Shown: positions 28,269 to 36,893 of the stretch, piece by piece | Layout: each line of letters starts with the position of its first letter | Position numbering within the stretch: the stretch's first letter is position 1 | IMG/VR virus record: IMGVR_UViG_3300027833_003138 | Coordinates: 32,001-96,000 of that record | Origin: a virus | Strand: one strand, 5' to 3' | Length of the DNA stretch: 64,000 nucleotides | The notes under the pieces: model-generated | What the model saw: only the letters and a program-made list of their open reading frames with translations | Databases searched by the model: none | What the model was told of the DNA's origin: nothing | Made by a program: the position numbers and the translations under genes

Positions 28269-29030
28269 TCATAATTTATAATGATTGTAATGAAAGCCTT
28301 TGCTGGTTGTTACGCTAAATAGGCATTCGTCAAATCCATCGTGATGGTTCCAGTTTTTAAATGGCCACAAACCTTCTTTTTCGTTTTCGCGAACTAAATC
28401 TTTTATTGCTTGTAGTCTCGTAACGTTTTTGCCCCACTTTGTTTCTAGGGGTTGGTTTGAATCTGGCATACTTAAAACTTTCTCTCTACATCTTCGGGGT
28501 TGAGCTTTTTGGGGAATTTTTAAACTGTCAAATTCGATGTCGCATGCTAAATCTTGCAAAGATTTACTTTTGGGCAAAACAAAATACTCGTCTACATCTA
28601 TAAATGCAAAGAAATCGCTTTGCGATTTAGTCAAAAAATCTCTCAAGGCGGAGTATTGTGAGTCTGGATACTTGTCTTTATGATCTTTTGCGTATTCCCA
28701 AGGAATTATATTTACATTGTTATATTTATCTTGCACCCTGCTGATTGCCTTTATAATCTGAGACTCAGAAAAATCTTCGAAATGGTCTATTTTCGGTTTT
28801 AAGTCCCAAATTTTGGAGATTTCTCCTTGGCATTTTTCGTTTTTAAAAGTTTTTTGCGCCCACCACGAAGTTTGATTACTTGCAGATTTTTCATTGCTTA
28901 TCAAATTAAAACCGTTGTTATATATGTAGATTTTATTTATGCCTATTGATAAATTGTGTTCTATCCATTCTTCAAGATGCCAAAACTCTAGTCTTGGGGC
29001 GATTAAGGTTATGATATCAATTGTATTCAT
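28269..29030 (-). CDS. GT2/GT92-like glycosyltransferase
   Basis: LEEWIEH...G...IYIYNN and AFIDVDEY. Confidence 0.75.
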   Translation of the reverse strand: MNTIDIITLIAPRLEFWHLEEWIEHNLSIGINKIYIYNNGFNLISNEKSASNQTSWWAQKTFKNEKCQGEISKIWDLKPKIDHFEDFSESQIIKAISRVQDKYNNVNIIPWEYAKDHKDKYPDSQYSALRDFLTKSQSDFFAFIDVDEYFVLPKSKSLQDLACDIEFDSLKIPQKAQPRRCREKVLSMPDSNQPLETKWGKNVTRLQAIKDLVRENEKEGLWPFKNWNHHDGFDECLFSVTTSKGFHYNHYKL

Positions 29031-30715
29031 AATTGCCCTTCTAGTAGCAAAAACGAAATAATAGAAATTATTTTTAATTTTAAATCCAATTCAGATTGGG
29101 TTTTTGGTTCAGTAAATAAGCAGTTCATGTTGTCTTTTAAAATTTCTTCAACACCTTTTGCGTCTTTCATCCACAAATCTCCTGTCAATGCGTTAGATAC
29201 GGCTTGCCAAGCTACTCGCTTTACGAACCATGATTGATTCAACCTGCTAGGGTCAACAATATGACTTACCGTGCAATCTGGAGTATAAAGTGCAGAGTAT
29301 TTTTTTCTAATTTGCGTAACTGCCTGATCTTCTTCTCCACTAAGAAGCGTACTCGTTCCACCTTTGCGACCTAAGTGAGTACCAAATCCTCCAATTTCTT
29401 TAAGAGCCTGCAGTCTAAAACAAATATTCGCCCCTACTAGCCAAATAGGTTTATCATATTCATGCAAGAATACATCTCTATCTGAAAAATCGGCCATAGA
29501 AAGTTGCCCTAACTGATCATCACTCAACCATTCTGGTCTTTCTGCGATTTGCCAATCTGGAATAATTTTCCCCCCAACTACACCTATTGATGGGTTTTTG
29601 AATTTATTAACCATGTTTCGAATTAAATTCGAATCTACGATTGTATCGTCATCTACGAAATAGATTAAATCAGATTTTGATTCTTCTATACATGCATTTC
29701 TTGCGCCAGAGAGCCCGTCTGTTAATGTATGTATATATCTACAGTTGCTGATTGTTTTCGCAAGGCTGTACGCTTTATCGTATTCTTTTTTGCATTTAGC
29801 TATGTCTTCCACAGGCGTATTGTCTAATACTATAATCTCATATTCATCCATCAAGGCTGACTGATTTGACGCAGACTCTAGACACTTACGCAATAATTTA
29901 TGATTGTTGTATGTACAAATACATAAGCTTGTGGTTAAATTTTTATTCCAATACTCAAATGAAGGAGAATTGATTTCTTGGATAAGAGACTTGTATTCCA
30001 TATCATAATATGGCTTGTCTTTTTGAGTGTGTATGTTAGATTCTTTTTCTGCAGAATAACACAAATCTATACAAGGAAAAAAAGCGAAATCGAGACAAGT
30101 CTCCGCAGCATGCATGACGAACCTGTCTGCCGGCGCAGTGATGCTATTTTTCTTACCCCAATCGTATCTAGGGTTTTCTTCTTTGATCCTTAATAAGTGC
30201 TCTGATGGCTCTTTTATGAAATCAAAAGGAGAACAATGCCTAAATTTAAAACTATCCTGCACACAAGAGACTAATTTAACTGCTCCTTGATTTTTTAAAA
30301 TATACGCTTCAAGCCCGTCCCATCCTCTTGCCCCTAAGTGGATTAAATCTAATGATTCATCTATATCTGGATTCGTCATCAAATAATTTACTAAATCACT
30401 AATGACTATATCATCTTCGACGATAAGCGCACAATCTAAATCTTCATCGATAATCTTTTTCCAAGCGGAGTAGTGGCTTAAAAAGCATCCCGCTGCTCCC
30501 GCGCTCTGAGAAAAATATAATTTATAAAAAATACCAACAGGGTCTATCTTTAGTCCAAAATCATCGACAACGCTTAAATCTTTGCGAGTGTCAATTGCAT
30601 CTATTCTTTCTAGGCAATTTTTCATTTCATCTGGCAGAAGGGAAAATAAATTTTGAGCCTTTAACCAAGGCTGTGGATTATCTTCTAGATTTATAAAAAA
30701 TACTTTGAATTTCAT
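29027..30715 (-). CDS. GT25 + GT2 fusion glycosyltransferase
   Basis: FFINL, GCFLSH..AW, LIVEDD (GT25); ICTYN, GLSGARN, FVDDD, GANI, GEE (GT2). Confidence 0.85.
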   Translation of the reverse strand: MKFKVFFINLEDNPQPWLKAQNLFSLLPDEMKNCLERIDAIDTRKDLSVVDDFGLKIDPVGIFYKLYFSQSAGAAGCFLSHYSAWKKIIDEDLDCALIVEDDIVISDLVNYLMTNPDIDESLDLIHLGARGWDGLEAYILKNQGAVKLVSCVQDSFKFRHCSPFDFIKEPSEHLLRIKEENPRYDWGKKNSITAPADRFVMHAAETCLDFAFFPCIDLCYSAEKESNIHTQKDKPYYDMEYKSLIQEINSPSFEYWNKNLTTSLCICTYNNHKLLRKCLESASNQSALMDEYEIIVLDNTPVEDIAKCKKEYDKAYSLAKTISNCRYIHTLTDGLSGARNACIEESKSDLIYFVDDDTIVDSNLIRNMVNKFKNPSIGVVGGKIIPDWQIAERPEWLSDDQLGQLSMADFSDRDVFLHEYDKPIWLVGANICFRLQALKEIGGFGTHLGRKGGTSTLLSGEEDQAVTQIRKKYSALYTPDCTVSHIVDPSRLNQSWFVKRVAWQAVSNALTGDLWMKDAKGVEEILKDNMNCLFTEPKTQSELDLKLKIISIISFLLLEGQL

Positions 30716-30945
30716 TGATTTTTAATTACACAAGCTTTATGCCTTTGTTTATCATATTCTTTAAGATATTCTGGCCAAAAAAAATAATAAGCTTCTCCGT
30801 CATCATTCTCTATTGCGGTTTTTAATTCGTGCTCGTAAACCTTTAACCAATTTCGTTTTTGAGGGTCGAATTCTGTTTCACTAATTTGAGGTTTGTGTTT
30901 ACTAACACAGCCTGTTAATATCAACAAAAAGCAAAAAAACCTCAC
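30712..30945 (-). CDS. putative small lipoprotein
   Basis: LTGC lipobox; GTG start 9 nt after GTGTA. Confidence 0.6.
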   Translation of the reverse strand: MRFFCFLLILTGCVSKHKPQISETEFDPQKRNWLKVYEHELKTAIENDDGEAYYFFWPEYLKEYDKQRHKACVIKNQ

Positions 30946-30960
30946 ATATAGTAGTACACT

Positions 30961-31128
30961 TTAATCCAGTAAATTCTTGAGTATGCCTATTTGTTTTTCA
31001 ACATCGGAAATTTCTTGCTGTATTTTTCGGGAATAATCTTTTGTTTTGTTTAATTGTTGAAGAATTCTTGTTGTCAGCTCAGACAGTTCTTCGGCTAATT
31101 TTAATAAAACTTTATCTTCTTTATTCAT
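30961..31128 (-). CDS. 55-aa MazG/NTP-pyrophosphatase-like helical protein
   Basis: Hand-translated KLAEELSEL...EISDV fits the EExxE...ExxD motif. Confidence 0.5.
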   Translation of the reverse strand: MNKEDKVLLKLAEELSELTTRILQQLNKTKDYSRKIQQEISDVEKQIGILKNLLD

Positions 31129-31290
31129 ATGTGAGAGACTCCGATTTTACTTATCTTTTCCATTGAGCCTTTTAATTGTATTGTATAATCTATTATCTCT
31201 AAAATTTGTTTATTATGATTTTTTTCTTTTTTTGTTTTACTTTTGCAAAATCTATCGTAGACTTCGAATCTTATTTCGTTAATTTTCTGG

Positions 31291-31494
31291 TCAGTCATTA
31301 ATTGATATTCCCTTAGCTTCGCAATAAGCTACTGCGTAACCAGTCTTAAAGTTAAATCTTTCGGCAAACAAAACGAGCCCCATGATTACATAGGGCTCCC
31401 AAGTTAAAAATCCGAAATTAAGAAAAAGTATAAAACTAATTAAGAATAAAGGGCAGAACTTGTTGAGGGAATAATTTATTATTTCCTGTATCAC
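31291..31494 (-). CDS. small membrane protein
   Basis: Two hydrophobic segments. Confidence 0.6.
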   Translation of the reverse strand: MIQEIINYSLNKFCPLFLISFILFLNFGFLTWEPYVIMGLVLFAERFNFKTGYAVAYCEAKGISIND

Positions 31495-31727
31495 GAAGCC
31501 CGCGTTAGGGAGACAATGCGATCATGCCTAAAAGAACGAATTTCGTTTCTGGCAAAGCAAAAAGCTTTGAAGCCGATGTTGTTGCGCTCTTCGCTTTTGT
31601 TTCCAAAAGACTCCGTTAGCTCTGGGCGACCGATTTCGTAAGTCTTAACTGCGTTGTCAGCATTTTTATAAACAATAAAGTATTTTTGATTTTTCATTTT
31701 TTTGATTTTTGATTTTAAGTTAAACAT
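31491..31727 (-). CDS. stand-alone WYL-domain-like protein
   Basis: FKAFCFARNEIRSFRHDRI fits the WYL C..R...R.FR.DRI motif. Confidence 0.65.
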   Translation of the reverse strand: MFNLKSKIKKMKNQKYFIVYKNADNAVKTYEIGRPELTESFGNKSEERNNIGFKAFCFARNEIRSFRHDRIVSLTRAS

Positions 31728-31733
31728 GCTTGT

Positions 31734-31762
31734 ATTATACTATATAATGGATTGTATGTCAA
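31734..31762 (-). promoter_or_regulatory. consensus sigma70 promoter TTGACA-N17-TATAAT
   Basis: Exact match; ATG 6 nt downstream. Confidence 0.85.
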
Positions 31763-31771
31763 GGGAAAAAA

Positions 31772-32200
31772 TTAATTTCCTGTACTTCCGAATCCACCTT
31801 CTCCGCGATCTGTTTCGGATAGTTCATTAACCTCTTCTATGTCTACCCACGGAAGCTTCATTATAATTAATTGAGCTATCTTGTCTCCGTTTTTATATTT
31901 TTTTGAACCTAATGCGGGAACGCTCATTCTGATTTTGATTTCTCCTCTATAGCCAGAATCAATAACCCCGACGGAATTTCTAAGATAGTGATCCGTCTTT
32001 GATATGCTTGACCTCGGGAAGATGTATCCGGCATAACCTTCGGGTATCTCCATGGCCAAGTCTGTTCCATATTCAATAAAGTATCCATTGCTCATTGTTG
32101 TCGTTGCGACCAAATCAATTCCCGCATCGCCTTTCTTTGCGTAATTCGGGATTTTTGCTCGATCATTTATTTTTTTGATTTTTAATTTAATTTTGCTCAT
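31772..32200 (-). CDS. dut: trimeric dUTPase
   Basis: DAGIDL, PRSS, GVIDSGYRGEI, KIAQL, RGEGGFGSTG motifs I-V. Confidence 0.95.
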   Translation of the reverse strand: MSKIKLKIKKINDRAKIPNYAKKGDAGIDLVATTTMSNGYFIEYGTDLAMEIPEGYAGYIFPRSSISKTDHYLRNSVGVIDSGYRGEIKIRMSVPALGSKKYKNGDKIAQLIIMKLPWVDIEEVNELSETDRGEGGFGSTGN

Positions 32201-32274
32201 TTTTTATTCTTTTTTGATATTTTTGTGTGTAGCACGCGAGGCTTTCTGTCGAAAATTTTTTTTCAGATTTGGGA

Positions 32275-32862
32275 TTATTTTATTCTGACCTCTTTCCATG
32301 AAACCAGTTTTGCCTTAACCAAATCCCTTATGTGTCTTTGTTTCTGGCTTAGTTGACTGTTGCCGCTCTTTACCTCTATGAAAGTTATCTCATCATCTCC
32401 GAATGAAATATAATCTATAGGCTGCCCCATGAACGAACACCTCTCGGGTTCAAAATCAAATTGATCCAGGAATGGTGCAAGCGTTTCTGCTATATGTCCA
32501 AGCCTAACCTCTCCGCTTTTCTTTTGCGACAAAACTTTTTTGCGAGCCAGCGTTTCTTCTTCTAATTTTTTTTCCAATTCTTGTTGCTTGCTTATTAATT
32601 CAGACTCTTTTCTTTTTAGCTCGGCATTACTTAATGATGTTATGCCTTGTTGTTTTGATATGCTTAATTGAAGCTCTTGTATAGTTCTATTTAAGTTCTT
32701 CTCTCTTTCTTCTATGGAAGACTCTCTGTCGTTCAGCTTTATTCGCAAGAATTCATTTTCTTCGCGAAGGCTTTCTTCCAGTTCTTTGTTGTGCTTTTCT
32801 TGTTTACCAAAAGCTAAATACAAAATAATACAAATTGAGATAAATAGTAAAGCTTCAATCAT
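32275..32862 (-). CDS. Holliday-junction-resolvase-related endonuclease (Endonuc_Holl-like) with N-terminal TM and coiled coil
   Basis: G.IAE.LAPF, G.PIDYI.F, FIEVKSG...LS..Q..IRD. Confidence 0.8.
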   Translation of the reverse strand: MIEALLFISICIILYLAFGKQEKHNKELEESLREENEFLRIKLNDRESSIEEREKNLNRTIQELQLSISKQQGITSLSNAELKRKESELISKQQELEKKLEEETLARKKVLSQKKSGEVRLGHIAETLAPFLDQFDFEPERCSFMGQPIDYISFGDDEITFIEVKSGNSQLSQKQRHIRDLVKAKLVSWKEVRIK

Positions 32863-33292
32863 TTAACCGCTCCACTTCTACTCCTGCTTTTTTAAGCAAT
32901 TCTATGCCATCTTTGTTCTTGTACAGCTCATCATATACAACGCGAGCTATGTCTGATTGTATGATCATTTTGGAACACTCTATGCATGGTGATGCCGTGG
33001 TGTATATAGTTGCGCCTACGCTAGATTGGGTTGATTTCGCTAATTTAGTTATAGCATTACTTTCTGCATGAAGAACCTCTGGCTTGGTTTCTTGCTGTTT
33101 CCAGGAAAAATAAGGCACTTGCCTTTCGCATTGATTGCTAAAGCCTTTCGGGGTTCCATTAAAGCCGTCAGAAATAATAGCTTCGCCCTTAACTATCAAG
33201 CAACCAACTTGCTTTCTTTTAGCTTTGGATAGAGATGCCCAAATGTACGCCATTTTAATATAAGCTTTATCTAGCTCTAGCTGATTAGCCAT
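32855..33292 (-). CDS. dCMP deaminase
   Basis: GFNGTP, HAE.NAI, PCIEC zinc motifs. Confidence 0.9.
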   Translation of the reverse strand: MANQLELDKAYIKMAYIWASLSKAKRKQVGCLIVKGEAIISDGFNGTPKGFSNQCERQVPYFSWKQQETKPEVLHAESNAITKLAKSTQSSVGATIYTTASPCIECSKMIIQSDIARVVYDELYKNKDGIELLKKAGVEVERLND

Positions 33293-33775
33293 TCACTTTT
33301 TCCAAACTTTAAAAGACTTTAACTTTTTTAATTCTTTTAATTCAACCTGAGAAACTTCTTCTTTTGTGCCGCTTCTTCTGTAAATTCGATACTTAGCTCT
33401 CTTCGCTAGATTAACAAAAGGTAAATCGTACCGAAGTTTTTGAGAACTTCCGCACCAAGACAGCAGTTCTTTTCTGTTGATGAATACAAAATCTTCAGTT
33501 CTTTCAAAAACAACAAAATGCGCGTCTCCGTGCAGCCAACCCGGGTTTCCATAGGAATTTTTAAACTCTAACCAAAGCCAATCTTCGTTTTGTTTTTTGT
33601 TTTTTATTTTTTTAAGGTCAATTTTAATAACAATAGGCTTTTCCTCTTTTCCTTTGCCTTTGAGCAAGTGCGAGACGTTTTTGCAGTTATCTGTAAAGCC
33701 TCTTAGTTTCTCAGGGGAGTAGCCCTTGGATTCAGCTAAAGCATCAAATGGATATTTATCTTTTGGGTCAGACAT
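33293..33775 (-). CDS. PD-(D/E)XK-like nuclease-fold protein
   Basis: IDLK...WLEFKN..G.PGWL.G.A..VFE. Confidence 0.5.
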   Translation of the reverse strand: MSDPKDKYPFDALAESKGYSPEKLRGFTDNCKNVSHLLKGKGKEEKPIVIKIDLKKIKNKKQNEDWLWLEFKNSYGNPGWLHGDAHFVVFERTEDFVFINRKELLSWCGSSQKLRYDLPFVNLAKRAKYRIYRRSGTKEEVSQVELKELKKLKSFKVWKK

Positions 33776-33970
33776 TTAGCGAATCCTTGCGGGGGATGTG
33801 GTATGCACTACTTTGACTTTGTTAAAGTCTGGATCCTTCCATTTCTTTAATACGTCAACAAGTTTTTGTGCTCTAAATTCGGCGTCCTCCCTCGATTCGT
33901 AATTTCTATCCTCTGTTCTTCTTGAGTTTCTTGTAACTACATATACTTTTTTTTGTATTTTGTCTGTCAT
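33776..33970 (-). CDS. hypothetical protein
   Basis: ORF. Confidence 0.65.
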   Translation of the reverse strand: MTDKIQKKVYVVTRNSRRTEDRNYESREDAEFRAQKLVDVLKKWKDPDFNKVKVVHTTSPARIR

Positions 33971-33975
33971 TTTAA

Positions 33976-34902
33976 TTATATTGATTGTAATAAGTTTTTA
34001 CCAAAATTGGTAATTTTTCTTTCTCCGTCTATTTGCATAAAGTTCTTTCGAAGTAAATATACTTCATGATCTCGTCTGAGAGAGGTCGGACTTAAGCCTG
34101 TTACCGCAGATAACGTTTGAAGCTTACAGCTCCCTCTGTCCGCAAGTATATCTAGTATCTGCTTCTCTGTGCAGGTTATTCCTTCTGGCAGGATACCGAG
34201 CAAGTCAATCAAAACATTAAAATCTGATGAATTGAACTCGTTTTTGTTTTCGCTTTCACAATACAATACGACTTCTTTTGATCTCATTACGGCGTTGCGA
34301 GCATTTCCCCTAACTGTTGAAGATAAAGATTTTAACGATTGTTCTGAGAAGCTTATTCCATCGCAATTAAGCTTTAAGATCTCCCCTAAATTGGAATCCG
34401 AGTACTGCTCGAAATCAACTGTAGTTAAACGATCTTTTAGCGGAGGAAATAATTTATCACTTTCTGTCGTTGCAAAAATGAATGTCTGCCTTGAGAAATC
34501 AAAGGTAAAAGTTTGCTCTTCAAATGTGAAATCTTTTGTGTTTGTTTTTTCTGTGTTGAAGATGGTCAAGAATGCCATTGTTAGATCTTTTGGAAGCGCG
34601 TGAGCTTCATCAAGAAGAATCGTAATTTCGTTATTCATGATCAATGGAATGAAAATCTGCGAAAAGAATTGCTCGTTGTTTTTTATCGTAGAACAATTAA
34701 GCTCTAGAAAGGGGCGCTTCGATCCATCTTTGTTTTTTAAGTTCTTTGCGAATTCTTTCGCAAATAAAGTTTTGCCAAGACCCTTAGCTCCAACCAAGTT
34801 AAGAAACGGACAGGTGCTTGTTGCTTCATAAGCTTTTAAATAGAAGTTTAATTTCTTCTTTACGTTGTCTTGACCTATTAAGTGTGAGAAATAATTATTC
34901 AT
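33976..34902 (-). CDS. ruvB: RuvB-like Holliday junction branch-migration ATPase
   Basis: IGQ, Walker A GAKGLGKT, Walker B LLDEAH, ATT, PLKDR, RGNAR, C-terminal E.YL....G.R..T. Confidence 0.85.
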   Translation of the reverse strand: MNNYFSHLIGQDNVKKKLNFYLKAYEATSTCPFLNLVGAKGLGKTLFAKEFAKNLKNKDGSKRPFLELNCSTIKNNEQFFSQIFIPLIMNNEITILLDEAHALPKDLTMAFLTIFNTEKTNTKDFTFEEQTFTFDFSRQTFIFATTESDKLFPPLKDRLTTVDFEQYSDSNLGEILKLNCDGISFSEQSLKSLSSTVRGNARNAVMRSKEVVLYCESENKNEFNSSDFNVLIDLLGILPEGITCTEKQILDILADRGSCKLQTLSAVTGLSPTSLRRDHEVYLLRKNFMQIDGERKITNFGKNLLQSI

Positions 34903-35167
34903 TTTCAAAAGATGTAAGTGCATATTCAATCTTGTCTTCTACGCTTTGAAGGTCAGAAAAGCCGGCGGATGTCGCCTTACCTTGTAAGTAATTAGCGTAC
35001 AGCCTGCTTTTGACCCACTCTTCGCTAACGGGTATAGAACTTACTTCTTGAGAGGCGAGATCCATAATCTCATCGACCGACAAGGAAACAATGCTTGAAC
35101 CACCTTTAACGCCGCTATTTCGACGCTTGCGTGGGGTGCCATCTTTGTTTAATGATATTTTTTTCAT
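34895..35167 (-). CDS. hypothetical protein
   Basis: ORF after TTGACT-N17-CATAAT (35176-35204). Confidence 0.65.
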   Translation of the reverse strand: MKKISLNKDGTPRKRRNSGVKGGSSIVSLSVDEIMDLASQEVSSIPVSEEWVKSRLYANYLQGKATSAGFSDLQSVEDKIEYALTSFENE

Positions 35168-35389
35168 ATAAGACTATTATGCCACAAAACTCGGCGTTAG
35201 TCAAGAATAAAAATTACTTTTTGTTTTTTAAATCAAGAAGATCTGTTTTAAGCTGCTCTATTGAGGATTTCTGATCTTCTATTAAATGCTTTAAGCTATC
35301 TATTTCATTAAGAGCCATGATGAGAACCTCGTCGGGCTCAAAAACCACTTCAAATTCATCATCTTCATCTTCGTTATCTTCTTTGTTGT

Positions 35390-35689
35390 TCATAGGTATT
35401 TAAAGTACACCTCTAGTAACCTAAAACCCTCTACAATTTTCTTTTGTTTTATTTTTGTTTTGCCTAAAGATTTTAATATTACTGGGTTTTTTTTGTTTGC
35501 TACAGAGAATAGTATTTTATTTAAAATGATTTTCCACTCAGAGTCAGACAGGCCCTCCGGCTTTTCTTTAATATTGTTAAGCTTAAAGTTTATTCTGTCT
35601 ATTACTAGATCGCAAAATTCTTTGCGGAAATCTTTTTTTGTTTTTTTATTTTTAGTAAATAAGTTTTTTATATTTTTTAAAATATTCAT
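35390..35689 (-). CDS. hypothetical protein
   Basis: ORF. Confidence 0.6.
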   Translation of the reverse strand: MNILKNIKNLFTKNKKTKKDFRKEFCDLVIDRINFKLNNIKEKPEGLSDSEWKIILNKILFSVANKKNPVILKSLGKTKIKQKKIVEGFRLLEVYFKYL

Positions 35690-35690
35690 T

Positions 35691-36110
35691 TTATTTCCAA
35701 TGTTTTTTTATTGTTTCTGTGTTTACGTTTTTTAAGCTCCAAATTTCACAAAAGAAATCATGCTTTGATCTCCAGTCCATGATGTTTTTAATTAGATATA
35801 TGTGACTAATGTTATCAATAGAACCAAAGTCAAAGAATTGAAACTCTAGCTCTAGTCTATTTTCGTAAATTAATTGAGATGTAATTTTTGGAGCTGATTG
35901 AGATAGTCCAGTTAATAAAACTGAATAAAAAAGATCTCCGTATGTAGAGTCTGTTTCGAAGTTGATTGATGTTAGTTGTTGTCCATTTTTTGCCTCTCCT
36001 GACATTAGCACTTTGTCTGCATAAAGATTGTCGAAAGATTCTGATAGTTTATAAAAAAATCCCTCTGCTTCGTCTTTATATATGTATCTATCTATTATGC
36101 TTTTATTCAT
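35691..36110 (-). CDS. hypothetical protein
   Basis: ORF directly downstream of tmRNA. Confidence 0.65.
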   Translation of the reverse strand: MNKSIIDRYIYKDEAEGFFYKLSESFDNLYADKVLMSGEAKNGQQLTSINFETDSTYGDLFYSVLLTGLSQSAPKITSQLIYENRLELEFQFFDFGSIDNISHIYLIKNIMDWRSKHDFFCEIWSLKNVNTETIKKHWK

Positions 36111-36118
36111 TTGATAAA

Positions 36119-36510
36119 TGGTGGACGCGGCGGGAGTCGAACCCGCGTCTTTAAATCTTAATAAGTGAGAATCTACAAGTTTAGTTAATTTTTTTTATAG
36201 TTGTGACATTAACATCTAACTTATTGTTTCAATTATTTGCCCCCGAATAATTCAGTGAACTACAGTTTATTAACAATAAAACCTTTTCTGTTTTTGCAGA
36301 TTGATGACCCCTCTCCCACCGTATCTGCGTCTGGCGGGGAGGGGTAGCAGGTGTTTAAGCTGCTAAGGCGAGCTGTTCAGCCTTTGGGCTGAAAGCTACA
36401 ACACGATTTTTATTCTTGCCATGTACAAGGTTGTGCCTTTTAACGAAGCCTGGCACCTCTTCGACTTGCATCATACTTAATCCAATTTAAATCAAATCCA
36501 GTACGCGCCC
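36119..36510 (-). ncRNA. ssrA: tmRNA
   Basis: 5' GGGCGCG pairs with 3' CGCGTCC-ACCA (G3:U70 Ala determinant); T-arm GCGGGTTCGACTCCCGC; tag ORF 36355-36420 GKNKNRVVAFSPKAEQLALAA*. Confidence 0.93.
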
Positions 36511-36545
36511 TAAACATTTACTTACTATCCTTTCAAAGATTTTAT

Positions 36546-36887
36546 TTAGAATAACTCCTCAGGGACATCTTCGTTAACATCTGCTTGCGCTTCAGCAACA
36601 ACTTCCTTGGTGGCTTCTTCCGCTACCTTTTCAACCTTTTTGGTTTCTGCGTCTTCAGATCTGTAAACTACGTAATCCGGAGCTCTTTCGTTCTTTTCCC
36701 TGCCCTTGTTGGTGAAAACAACAACCTTGATTGTTTCTTCAACACCTGGCATGGTTTCCATTTTGATTTGTCCTGAGAGGTACTTTTGGCTCTTTCCCGA
36801 ACGAACCCACAAGGCACCTAACTCTCGACTTTTCCACTCTGACTGCTTTTCTGTCATTTTTTCTGACTGTTTTTCTGTATTTTCCAT
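36546..36887 (-). CDS. DUF736-like putative nucleic-acid-binding protein with acidic tail
   Basis: GALW...YLSG.I...N..APDY. Confidence 0.55.
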   Translation of the reverse strand: MENTEKQSEKMTEKQSEWKSRELGALWVRSGKSQKYLSGQIKMETMPGVEETIKVVVFTNKGREKNERAPDYVVYRSEDAETKKVEKVAEEATKEVVAEAQADVNEDVPEELF

Positions 36888-36893
36888 AATTTT

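Noticed and set aside
12457-30715. Integron cassette array
   Set aside because: Genes overlap or abut with no attC-like palindromic spacers, and no integrase is seen
36119-36510. tmRNA or tRNAs as prophage attachment site / host boundary
   Set aside because: Phage-type genes and the same promoter style on both sides; no duplicated 3' end or integrase noticed
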